Shown here: one piece after another, positions 24,780 through 37,775 of the stretch
Position numbering within the stretch: position 1 is the first letter of the stretch
Layout: each line of letters starts with the position of its first letter
From: Azolla caroliniana
Lineage: Eukaryota > Plantae > Polypodiophyta
NCBI GenBank assembly: GCA_043228905.1
Contig: JBHGNT010000018.1
Location: 6,324,001 to 6,388,000, forward strand
Length of the DNA stretch: 64,000 nt
Reading direction: 5' to 3'
The notes under the pieces: generated by a model
What the model was told of the DNA's origin: nothing
What the model saw: the letters and a program-made list of their open reading frames with translations, nothing else
Database searches by the model: none
Program-made: the position numbers and the translations under genes

Positions 24780-25374
24780 CTAAATCATGATTCTTGATTC
24801 AATTTGTGACTTCCATATTACCCCCTACTTCAACCAACAATTCTCATTGCCAATTTTTTTTTGTATTGTGTGCTTCAATGGGGACGATTTGTTCATGTCA
24901 GATGGACAGAAAGTGGTCTTATAAGAGACAATCATGTATTATTATTGAGGTATTTTGGGTAGTGTGGCTAATTAGCCATTCAAGAAGGAACTCCATCATT
25001 GGTCTAAGGTTTTCATCATTCAAACTAGAATTATATATTTGATGTCTGAAAGGGTATCGTAAACAATTGGTACATCCTATAATTGCTACCTATTTAGAAC
25101 CTTGTAATATGTATAAACCTTATGAGTGTTTTTAAGTGGATGTCATTTTTATGTATTAAGTGTTTTCACCATAATAAACTCTAAGCTTCCATTTTAATGG
25201 ATTGTTTTATAAGGCGTATCATTCTTGTTTAACATGTGTTTTCATTGTAATAAACTCGAAGTCCATGCATGCCTCATCATAATAGACCATCCATTGTGTA
25301 TAGTAGAAAGCTTTAATATAATGGGCTTGAGATTCTTCCCAATCATAAATGGAATGAGTGCACTACTCATTGGG

Positions 25375-26760
25375 TCTAAGTAAAGAAAGAGGGCATTACT
25401 ATGCATTTGAGGGCATATACAATGAGGGAGAAATCAAATATTGGGTTATCAAGACATATATGTTTGACACTTGGATGACACTAATTCTTCTCAATGAGCC
25501 TGAAGTGTGGGGTGGTAGCATTTGTAATTCCACTTGAACAAAGTTGGAAAATTTTCAAAAGCATTCTCTTATGAAGTTTATTTGAAAGTCAAAGGACAAA
25601 TGCCTTAGAGTCTCCTACTTCTTGAGACTAGGTTACTTCCAAGTTCCCACTGAGGTCATGGGCGTTGAATCATGATCTTTTCAACATAGGATGTGCATTG
25701 TGGTTAAATCCAACTAAATTTCGTAAATGGTCAATCGAGCAAAGGATTGACTAGTGATGGTAGGAAACATGCATTGGAATCTAAGGATGGTAGGATGAAT
25801 TTTGTATGCACTTGATAACAATGGGATAAGGGTAGCAATCGACCTCTATTACTGTGAGTGAAGTTATCAAGAATATAATCCAAGAGTCGTCATTTCATTT
25901 CTATAGAATCCAACATTTATTTTGACTAAGTAAATGTTCAATCTTTGTCTAAGTACTACAATCTTCTCCTTTATCCTCTCTATGGAAACTAAAGGTTTCA
26001 CCTAGTGTGCACAAAAATCTGCAAATTTATGTGACAATAAAAGGATGATTAAGTACAAGCTTAAGGTTCAAAAAGAACCCATCACATTGACTTACCTAAA
26101 ATTACATGGGAGTAAAGGGAAATAATTCAAACATACAAAAGCAAAGTTTTGAGTTCTAAATGGATGCAAGCTATGAACAAATGAATTGGAATATGAGATG
26201 CATGGCAATTTCTTCATGATGCATTAATAGATTCCTATATGCATGAGGCTTTTTTGCAACACCAATTTATCACAAGTTTGGGAGAGGTATGGAGGTTCAC
26301 ATTTCACATATTATATTACACATGTTGCATTGAACTACAACATCCATCATCTCTTCTACGAACAAGAAAATTGGTCTCACCCATTCATCGTCCCTTTGTT
26401 TACTCTTTAGACCAAGTGGCCTCTATACAACTTAGCTCACATTTTCTTTAATGTGAGGTTAACGTACTAGGGCACATGTAGGGAAACTTGTTGATTATGC
26501 ACATTTTCCTCTAAACAAGTTCACAAGTATGCATATCACATTATTTTAAAATGCACCACCTTTGATCACATTTGAGTTTGTTTCCCCCACGTTGTCATAC
26601 TCAATGTTATCCCTATACAGATCTCTCTCATACACAGTGGACACTCTCTCTTGTAACATGCATTAGCAAACAATTTGAACATTGAATGTCACTTTTGGTC
26701 TCACATGCCATTATTTGACATTTGAGGAAACTCATATAATCTATCTACATATCTATCTCA
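25375..26760 (+). mobile_element. Old 5'-truncated LINE remnant (same family as 46881-56025), with an unrelated stretch at about 25680-26040
   Basis: Nucleotide similarity to 55075-56025, e.g. TACTATGCATTTGAG, CTTAAGGTTCAAAAA and TTTTGGTCTCA. Confidence 0.7.
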
Positions 26761-27194
26761 AACCTTGAATCGTGGATCTACTACATCGGAAGAATACCAA
26801 AACCTCCATCGAACTTAGGTTCCTTGGAGCCCTTACACTTCTTCAAACTTGCATAAGTTAAGCATTGAGGTAGTGTCATGGATGACAAATCTCGCTTACT
26901 TTTCATATGCACAACATATAATGACATTCACGAAAATTATGTATGAAGACGTGTTCCCTAGGGGTGATAATTAAGAGCAATGCGTGAAGCACAACTTAAA
27001 GGTTTGAGTGCATAATGGGTTCGTTATTTTTTTCAAAAAGATTTTTATTAAAAAGTAATTATCCCCTTAGGAAAGGTGCCCATACAGAATGTTGATGATT
27101 ATTCTTGTCTCATAGGTTAGAATGCGGTCAATTTGACCTCCTCATGGATTATGCAATTTATAATTATAACTCTCTCTCTACTCATGCAAACACA

Positions 27195-27685
27195 GAGAAA
27201 TGAAGTGTTGGCTCATCAAGAAATATATTTTTGACACTTTGGTGACTCTAGTGCTTCTCTATGGGATGGAAGTATAAGGATGTAGCATCCCTAACTCCAC
27301 TTGGATGGAGTTTGAAAATGCCCAAAAACATTTTCTTACAAAGTTTCTCCAAAGTCAAGAAACAAACATCATACACCTTCCTACTTCTTGAGATAGGATC
27401 ACTTCTTATTGAGATCATGACCATGGAAAGGCTTATTGAACACATGGTTAAGGATCAAAAAATTCCAGAAGACACAAAAGGCAAAAAATAATAATTCAAA
27501 TTAGATGCGAGATATGGGAAATGTTTTAGACAATGGTATGCAAAACACTTGCTTGCTTCATGATGCATCAAGAGTTCTTGAACATCAAGAATCACCACTC
27601 ACTTAAACGTGTATTACATGAAACGTAAAGTTTTTTGTCTCATAGGTCATATTTGACCTCTGAAGACAATAATAAGATCTCTCTG
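27195..27685 (+). mobile_element. 5'-truncated, internally deleted LINE remnant
   Basis: Matches 55125-56030, including CAAGAAATAT..GACACTTTGGTGAC and the 3' end GTCTCATAGGTCATATTTGACCTC followed by a CT tail. Confidence 0.8.
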
Positions 27686-29010
27686 TCAATCTCTTTGACC
27701 TATAGGCAAATGGTATATTTTCCAGATAAAATCATGCCACAAAGATGTCATCAAGGATGATGTTGGGCCAAAATGCCCACCTTGGTTAGAATGGTGTAAT
27801 GGGCAGAAAATTGGAAGGTGCATATGTCTAGACACCCTTAGGATTAATTCTACAACTATTTTTATTTTTTTTTGCATAAAAATTCTACAACTATTAAAAA
27901 TGGAGCGGAAAAGTTATTGTATCCATGCTAGTTTGGAACTATTTATTTCGTCAAATGTTATGTTTTAATATATGACAAAGGATGTGGTTGGACATATGTA
28001 GCACGGGTTGATTAATTTGAGCCACCATACTATTTAAAGATAAATTGTGGAAATTTTGCTCATGCAATAGGTAAGGGCAAGAGATTCGAGCTAATGTGTG
28101 CATTCTTCAATTTTCTTGGCCCTAATACTCATCTTTGTGAATATCAATGAATGACATACCTTTTATTCCAATACTCGTCATTGTGGAGTGCATATTAGGG
28201 TTAAGATCTTTTCAAGGCACAATATCTTGTGTTATGATGTCCATGCTCAATAGTTCATTGATAATATAGATTATCATAGTGAAGACAATGATTTCTTTAC
28301 CATTACATTTTTTACTAATATACAATGAATGTTTTCTTGTATGTCGGTAATTGGTTGTATGGAGATGTGTGTGTGTGCATGCATGTGCACTCGACACACG
28401 CAAGTGTGCCCATGCACACATATTTTAGTGTATATGGGAAGAGAGAGTGCACAATGGATGTATCAAGGGCTTTGTCTGTTATTCTTTTGTGATTTATTTA
28501 GTTACTATCAAAATATATACACAACTTGAGTTGCGGTATGACATGCCCATCATTCATTGTAAACTAGCCATAACAAATATTGCAAAGATGAATTAAATCC
28601 TATGCTACAAGTTGATAATATTACAGTTGGAACGTACATCACTTTCATTTATCCTACGCATGATACCTATGAATTTCTAAAAATAACTAAACATCATATG
28701 CTTAGAATGGAACAAAAACCTCTCTTCTTAAAATTATTTGTCGAACCAACAATATTGGCATTTGTCTATGGTTGCAAAGGGTAACTTGGGATCTACGCAA
28801 TTACCAAATAATGATTGCACTCAACCCTTCTCGTTGGTTAGAGCTCGTGGTAACAAATAATCAACTCTTGCTAAATAAGTAGACATCAAATAATATGGGA
28901 TATTCACTAGGTCAAGGAACATCGTTGTAGGTGGGTCTTCTTCAATCAAATTGTTCACCGGGTAACGCTATTGCAAGAGATATGGAGCGAAATTGTAACC
29001 ACACAAAAGA

Positions 29011-31416
29011 GCCAATATGATGGCATCACTAGGAGATCCAAATGAGCTGAAAGACAACACTTACTCTTCATTTAGCAATGGTTGTTCTCTCCCTTCCTTG
29101 AATCAATGGGCCTCCACATAAGATGGAACTATCGAGGCTCGTCTGTGGTATGTATATAACATTCCTGACTATAAACTTTTATAACTAATGTAATGAGTTT
29201 TTTATTTTGGAAAAAAAAAACATCTAATGCATTGTTGGCTTCAAAAATTTGTGCCCGCATTTTATGCACCATGGTACTATGCCTAAGGTATCTATAGACT
29301 ATTACCTGTAACAAATTATGGAATCACTACTTGGAGGAGAATTTGAGGTGTAAGGTTGATTTGATTTTTGGTGTGTTTGGAACTAATGCTTTGTTTGAAC
29401 TTCCATATATCACCAACTAAGATATTTTTCCAATTTATACATTTAATATTCCTCATCGTCATTGATGTGATAGCTTCATTATTCATATGTTACAATATGG
29501 TTTACAAAACTACTCCACACACTAATGTAGTGGACATGATCATAAATGCCAAAGTCCTATAATTTCGTTTTATGATATTATCGAAGAGCCCAATAGATAC
29601 TTACGTGATACATCCAAGCAATATCTGATATCAAATGTCAAGATATTAATGGATTTTATATAGTAGGGCTGGAATAGACCCTCAAAATAGCCGTAAAAGA
29701 AATTTTAAGCCATCCTAATATTTTCTTCTAATTTTTTTTTGTTGTGAATCATTTCTCCCTCTTTTTTAAGTTGTAGCATTTGACTTTCTACTTTCTTAGT
29801 GAGAAAAATATAATATTTTCTCCATCACGACCTTCCAATTTTTATTTTTTTATTTTTTTTTCCTTAAAAGGTTTTCTTCAATAGTATTAAAAACGTTTGA
29901 AGGCTACAACTTGAAGTTTTCTACCCAAAGGCTTACTTACAACGTAGAATAAAAGACATTGTATGTACACCAAAACTTGTACATACAAATACAACTTACA
30001 AAGGGGTGTTGAAACTTGATATGGTACATTACCGTGGCGTATTGATATTCAAGAAAGGGTCCATGGAAGTCGACAGTTTCCATTGAGGCCCTTGATTTGA
30101 CACTACAAAGAGGGGCAACTTCCTCCATAAGTGAAGGAGTTGCATCCTTCTCTTATGAACATTTTCTTGAGAACCATATATATTATCATACTGCCCACAG
30201 ACTACTATAAGTAGTTTCTCCCATATCTCGAGCAATACATATGAAGGACCAAGATTTGTAGCATCATAAAGCCAACTACATGTACATTTCCATAATACCC
30301 ATAACGTTATCGTAGTCAGTGTTTTCCAAACATGGATAGATCTCACATGCTTTCGAGGTTACTAAAACAAACTAACTAATATCAATCTCCTATTGTGTAT
30401 CGTCATGGCCTCGTGAATATCGTCTGCCTCATACAACATCAAGTTGGAATGTAAAACTCCCCACGCCACTGCTTTCCACGAGAACAAGCAACCAACATTG
30501 ATTGTTAGGAATAAAGAAAGGACATTATTCCATACTTGCTGAGCCAAGGGACAAGCCTAGAGGGCATGCTTGGTAGTTTGCTGAGTTGCATAGCAAAAGC
30601 CACATTGCTTGAGATTAGGTGCTACATTCCCTTTCAATTACATGCACTAATAGCCATCTAAAAACAATAAATTTAGTGGGCCCCTTAAAAGACTAAATCC
30701 ATCTTCCAATAGGTTTTGAACTGCAAAGTTGAAACACCCCAATTAGTCTGATGTTTTTGAGCTGCTAGCATCGTTACATTCCTAGACATCAATAATGACC
30801 TTCCAAGCTTCATTGAATATTGCCTTCAAATTTTTATAAAAACTGTGTGTAGAATCATGGAATACCCCTTTTGTAATTGCCTTGTCAATCGCACCAATTT
30901 TGATCAAAACTATAATAAGAAGCAAAAACACTACCAATTGCTATGGATTTGGAAAATTAGGATGCCTTTGGATTAAAAGAATTTCGTCACATACATATGA
31001 ATTATCATCTATATAAATTTGTGACCTCTTACACCCTACCTACAGTCATTCTCAAGATAATTGAGCAAAATAAGAGGGGAAAACCTCAAGCAAGGTATAG
31101 AAAAAAAACTAATCATCAAGTGCTTCCCAATCAAATATATTACTATGATACCATTTACAACAATATGCTTTTGTTAATGTAATCATCCCATAATCTTAAC
31201 CCCCCCATATGCTTTTGTTTCTTTTTCCAAAAATAAAACTCCTTCCATTAGTTATAAAATTTTACAGTTGAGAATGTTATATACAAATCCTCGAAGGGAC
31301 TCTATAGTTCCATCTTATGTGGAGGCCCACAAAGGGAGAGGAAGATCATTGTTGGATGAAGGCTAATTGTTGTCTTTCAGCTCCATTGGCCCCGCTCGTG
31401 ATGCCATTGAATTGGC
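29011..31416 (-). mobile_element. Decayed Mutator-like element with about 200-bp imperfect terminal inverted repeats
   Basis: 29011-29222 is the imperfect reverse complement of 31216-31416, with a perfect core GGGCCTCCACATAAGATGGAACTAT at 29108-29132 vs 31304-31328. Weak minus-strand transposase-like relics (KAITKGVFHDSTH, CSRGK, PRKHVRS). No TSD resolved. Confidence 0.6.
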
Positions 31417-32544
31417 TTTACATCGGAAACTTGATATTGTATTGAAAAATGATAAGTATGGTGGCACGGTAGAATGAATAATCGTGAGGCACGCTCAAAC
31501 CATGAAGTTTTTGAGCTTCCTATAAAGATTTTCATGAAAAATCTAGAAGAAGATTCTTCTATTTGTTGAGTTGAAAAATGGATGCATATGAAAATGATTA
31601 TTCCTTTGACGGTGACACACTCTACATTGAGGGGGGGTGGGGGGGGGGGGGAGACACACCATCAACAATATCTATATGTCAACAATAGACTTACAAAGAG
31701 AATCAATGCATCGTAGAAATTATGCAAAAGAAGATCATTATTAAAAAACATATGGGTGGATAATGAGTTTCGAGGACGAGTTTGCATCAACAATTTGCAT
31801 CAGACAAAACCGACACGTGTCACTAAAATCTAGTTATATACGCACGCCACTAATGTCTGTGAAAGGATCAAAGACTTCTCATATATGGACATATATGTAT
31901 GCAATCTTCTATGTGCCATTGAGACAAGGCTTTGGACACTCGGATCCAAAGTGCGGAATGGTAATTAATGTGAGTGACATCGAGACGGGCTTCCGATATA
32001 CGAATCCAAAGTGCGGAGTACGTTACTTAGTTCATGAAAACACAACCTTTTGATAGTCCTTTTGGAGAAAAACCCCCAAACTCTTGAAGAGTTAAAAAAG
32101 AAAGGAAGAGAAGAAAAAGGTGTTTTCTCATGAACTTGATTGAGGTCTCGAGTTCAAATCTGGGAAGGGATCGAAGCCCCCCCTCCCCTGAAAACAGAGA
32201 GAGTTTCCTGCCATTAGACTTTCTGTTCTGTTCTGTTCGATCGATCGAGGTGGAGGAGGAGCAGCAGCAGCAGGGCCCATGTGAAGAAAAAAAAGAAAAA
32301 AACCCCCAGAGAACGTGTTGGCGAATGTGGGAAGAATAGCTTAGAAAATAGATCAAGGATCTTCTTCTTCTTCTTCTTCTTCTTCTTCTTCTCTCTCTCT
32401 CAGAGCAATGGCGCACCTCCAGCTGTCCGCAGCGCTGTTCTGTTGCCCCACATATTTGTTCAGATACATTTCCCCTGACTTCCATTCTTCTCCAGTTATC
32501 CTCCCTCCTGTTCAATTCATTCCTATTCGTGAGCAAGATACACA

Positions 32545-35500
32545 ATGGAATGGATAATGCCATCTCTTAAATTCCTCCTCCTCTTCCTCCTCCTCAATGA
32601 GGCTATGGCGGCAACGAACTCCGATGATGGTCAGCTTTATTCTGTTCCCCCTCTTTCAAAGACTTACAAACTGCTTGTTTTTCTAGTAGATTCATGTGAT
32701 GATTATATGTTATGCACAAGTTCATTCAATGACAGTAACCGCTCACTAATACCGATGAATGCTCACCGCTAATGCACTTCACACCAGTTGGGTCTATGGC
32801 TTGTAAGCGTAGGAATAGAGTTTTGAACCTTCAAATCCCACATGTATATATGTACTAATGAAGTGCTCACTTTTGTCCACAGTACAAGCTTTGCAATCTT
32901 TGTATTATTCAGTGAATCCCGTGTCTGCACTGACTGGGTGGGACTTTTCCAACGGTGCTGATCCTTGTGCTAATGCGTGGAAAGGGATCCAATGTACCGG
33001 ACCTGCGGTCACAGGAATGTAAGGTTTGATTGTGTGACTGCATACTTTTTGTATTGGTTACATTGAGGTCTTTCTTCAAATCACACTTGTAGATGCAATT
33101 TAGTTGTTCCTATACTTGATAATGGTGATTTGTCCATTTATCATTAAGGTCTTCATCTACAGCCTAGCTACCGATAATGCATCCGGTTATTGATGATGAT
33201 TTCTTTAGTTCAATATTGTTCTCAGATACTTGGTGTGTATTTCATCATTGTCTTTATCCACATTATTGCAATAGGTGCATTTGGTAATTTAATGATGTTG
33301 GTCTTAGGTTTGATACTGTTACTGAATACCTACTGTGTTTGAGCAAGGTCTTTATCTGCCTGGAAACTATAATGATGTTTTCTTTTTTATCTGCAGCAAT
33401 CTTTCTGGTCTTGGGCTCTCCGGTTGGCTCAACGACTTGAGCAAGTTTTCGTCTCTTACATCACTGTAATTTATCTCGATACTTTTCATAGCAGTGCATA
33501 GATTCAATTTTGTTTTCAATGTTGCATGTCGATTCTCAACGGGGAACTGTTGCAGGGATATTAGCCACAATCAATTTTCTGGAAGTAGTGCATTACCAAC
33601 GAGTCTTCAGAGTTTGTATGCTCTCTTATCTCATTATGTAGGAAAGATTCCTTCTAGCTTTCTAGAAGATTCTCTCGAATTTCTCGAATTTCACCTCCAC
33701 TGATTTACAAATTGTGCAGAAATATAGCATATAATAGCTTTCAAGGAAGTCTGCCGAGCACGATATCTTCTTTGACCAGCTTGGTTTACTTGTAAGTTTC
33801 GAGTTAGTGATACGTACCCATGACGTGAGGTTTCATCATCTTTTCATGCATACTCGAATAACGTAAATACAAAATTATTGCAGATCTTTTGGAAACAATT
33901 CTTTATCTGGAAGCCTTCCAGATATGTTCTCAAACCTTGGAAACTTGTCTATTCTGTAAGTGGTCATAAGGGCTACATGCAATACATTCAAGCAAGTTTC
34001 TGCCCAATCTTGTTGGTTATGCTCCTCTAAGGGCTACATACAATACATTCTAGCAAGTTTTTGCTCAATCTTGTTGGATGAGCTCTACCTGTGTAGAACT
34101 TTAAACAGCTTATGCTAAGATCAAACTTGAAGTTTCAGCGTGATAATATCTAATAGAAAGTATGGAGGTTCATCCTTTTTATAAATGTTAATTTAAATGC
34201 ACTCTAATTTTCCATTTTTTGGGTCTTCTGTGTTGTTGCAGTGACTTATCTTTCAACACTATATCCAGTCAGTTGCCCCAATCCATTTCAATGCTGTACA
34301 ACCTTAATACCTTGTGGGTCTTGCCAATTCTTCTTCTTTATAGTTTATGTATGTTCTGCATATTTCGAAACTTGTTTCTAATTCAGAGAAGCCACTTTAT
34401 ACATGCATAGGTATTTGCAATACAACGAGTTTACAGGATCTTTGGATGTTTTAGCCAATCTGAACCTTCAGGATTTGTAAGTTACTACTTATAAGCGCAA
34501 CTTATCAAATGTGAAAAATCACTGTTCTATCATCGCAATGTGGTGCACACATCTACACGTGCACTATAGTCGCAGTGAATGCTTATGTTTTTTGTAGCCC
34601 AAATATTATTTAATGCCTCAGGAGAAAGCAGACATGCTATCTAGAGTTTGTGATTTCTTTTATGTATTGGGTTTACTTGATGTGATAATGAACTCTGACA
34701 TGCATCATTTGTTGGTCAGGAATATTGAACACAATAATTTTACTGGTTGGATCCCAGCTTCGTTCAGTTCTATTCCAAATTTAAAGTTTGTGACTTCTCT
34801 AAAGCCCTAATGTTCGTTTAATTCATTTTAATGATCTCACTACATCTAAAATTCAAGGCAATGCCCTTAATGTTTTTCTCAAACCTAGATATGATGGGAA
34901 TTCATTTAGCACATCTCCAGCTCCACCACCACCTCCATTTACACCACCTCCTCCTAGTCCAACCAAAAGCAATTCCCAAAGCACTTCTCTACAAAACACT
35001 TCTGCAACTGGCAATGCATCGGATATGTCAGTCGGAGCTATTGCTGGAATAGTGATTGCTTGTCTTTTAGGAGTATCTGTTATTACCCTTATTGCAGTGT
35101 TTCTCATCTGGAAACCTCGAAGTTCTATCAATGATGAAGAGAAGAACCAGTCACCGAATCAAGTACTAGCGTTGTTGCCATCACGGGGATCTCATGAACA
35201 AATCACAGGCAAGCTATTAATTTAGAAAATCCTGTCTAATTTATGCATCCTTAAATAGAAATTCTTTATATCCTTAGAGAAATATAGAAGCTCTATTAGA
35301 GAACTTCTGGTTTCTTTTAAACAAATTATGGAGGCACCACTAAGAGAAAAATGCATGATGCTTGATTCTCCGTTGTTTTTCGCAATTTTCCCCATGCACA
35401 TATTTATTTTCACACTTGCTGGAGCAGGGAGTGAATCCATGGTTAGTCTCTTACCAATAGACACTGTACTAAAGCCACCCCCCTCTGAGACTCGCAAGGA

Positions 35501-37775
35501 ATCCATACTGGAAAGGGTTTCTAGGAAATCATCCTTTAAAAAAAAAAATCAGATTTCTGCTATATCATACTCTATTTCTGACTTACAACTTGCCACCGAT
35601 AACTTTAGTGAAGATAACCTTCTCAGTGAAGGTGCACTAGGTCATGTTTACAGGGCTGAATTCTCCAATGGACAGGTAGTTTTTTTGTTTTAATGTGAGT
35701 TTCTCATGCTGTAGACATTATCAAATGAACTTACTATGTGCATCTATATAGATTTTGGCAGTGAATAAAATCAGCATATCTTTGGTTGAGAAAGAAGATG
35801 ACTTTATGGAGATTGTATCAAGTATTTCTGCCATCCGCCATTCTAATATCTCAGAGTTGGTGGGTTATTGTGGTGAACATGGCCAACGCTTGCTTGTTCA
35901 TGATTACTTCAACAGAGGTTCTTTACTCGATATGCTTCATGTCGTGGAAGATGCCAGGAAAAGAGATCTTACATGGAATACACGAGTGAAGATTGCTTTA
36001 GGCACAGCTCGAGCTCTGGAGTAAGAATCCCACTTGCTTTTCCCTACCTCTACTCTTGTTGAAAACTCTAATACTTTGCTTATGCTTGATGTATTGGTTA
36101 GGTACCTTCATGAAGTGCGTAAACCTGCTGTGGTTCACAAAAATGTGACATCTTCCAATATTCTTCTCAGTGAAGAGTTGGAGCCTCATCTTTCAGGCTG
36201 TTGGATGCAGGCATTATTACCTGATTCAGAGTTCGAGGTTGGACCAAGTGGATATCATACTTTGACGCTTCAAACTAAGTGCCATAATAAACAAAACATT
36301 ATGTGCAAAGCACAATATGACGCATTGCCTGTTGTTTATAAATGCAATAACTTAAACTTGCAAAACAAATTAAAGAGTGAGAAGAATTGGTTGGGAGTTA
36401 ATAATAAGCTATAAATATTTGATAAAGGAGATCCATAAGTATGATTTGACCTTCATAAAGGGAAATAAGAGTATAAAAGACTCCTGCTGCATGAGAAATT
36501 TTATGCAATAAGGATACCGTAGATTTAACGATTTCCAAACTAGGTTTTCAAAAAGAATAGGATGCTTCTTTGAAAGGCAATACCACAAATTTACTAACAC
36601 CAGGGCTGTTTGTTTCTCGTTTTAAGGTTGAGGGTTCATTTGGGTATCACGCCCTTGAGTTCACCATGTCTGGAGTGTACACATGGCAGAGTGATGTTTA
36701 TAGTTTCGGTGTTGTGATGCTCGAGCTTTTGACTGGACGAAAGCCTTTGGACAGGTAATCAACTGCATTTGTTTTAAAGACAAATTGAGCAAGGTATTTA
36801 TCGTTGGGCTGGCTATATACAGCACAAGGTCAAGAGGAGAACAATCATTAGTACGCTGGGCTGCACCCCAACTTCACGACATTGATGCACTGGAAACATT
36901 GGTTGATCCTTCTTTAGATGGGATGTATCATGTCAAATCCCTGTCACGTTTTGCCGACATCATCTCCCTCTGTGTACAGGTTTGTAATGCAGCCTTCAGC
37001 TATAAATATAATATGTTCCTTCAGAGGTCTTTGAGAGGGTATTTAAAATGACACAAAAACAAGATGTTATTTGCATAGCTCAAATGTGATGCATTGCCTT
37101 TTGTTTCTGAATGTAATGATGAATTAACAACCATTAGAAACCTATTGTTTAAAAGAAAAGGTAGCTAAAAAGTGCATGATGTTTTGGTCCACTCTGTGAT
37201 ATTTACTGTTTAGCCTTTTCAAAACTTTCCAAATCTAGAACCTCCTTAACATTGCAATCATGTGCATTTGAACTTTTCGAAAAATAGAGCCTGATGTGGC
37301 CAACCTCAAGACAACACGGGCAAAGTGTCCCCCCCCCCCCCCTCTTAGTGAGGCAATGCGAACAACATATTATGTGTGATGAAATGTGATGTGATCTGCT
37401 GCCCTTTTTTTGAGAATGTGTTGAAATACTGAAAAACATGTCACTTTTACGAGTAAAAATCACAATAAAGACATTAATTCATTTTAAATAAAAAAGCTCA
37501 CCTACTATTGCAAAAAGGAGGCCCAATTACTTCTCTTAACAAAAGGCACAACAATTTTTTCATCTACAAATGTAAGGCTTTCTCAATACCTCCTTTCAAA
37601 GGAGGCTTCTCAGAAACAATAAAATTTTGATCATATTGTGTGTTTTTCATGTTCACAACTTTCGTAGACGGAAATGGAGTTCCGCCCACCCATGTCAGAG
37701 GTAGTCCAGTCCCTCTTGCGGCTAATGCAACGTGCAAATTCAAAGAGGAGATCCAGTGTAGAATCGCTTTTTTGA
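32545..37775 (+). CDS. SRF: STRUBBELIG-receptor family (LRR-V) receptor-like pseudokinase; 16 exons: 32545-32629, 32883-33018, 33397-33465, 33556-33615, 33720-33791, 33884-33955, 34242-34313, 34411-34476, 34720-34785, 34889-35208, 35428-35675, 35752-36020, 36102-36237, 36627-36754, 36823-36979, 37668-37775
   Basis: Signal peptide, SUB domain ([13 protein letters not shown]), 60-72-nt LRR exons, Pro-rich linker, TM ([26 protein letters not shown]). Kinase with the SRF hallmarks [37 protein letters not shown] and [13 protein letters not shown]. Confidence 0.93.
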
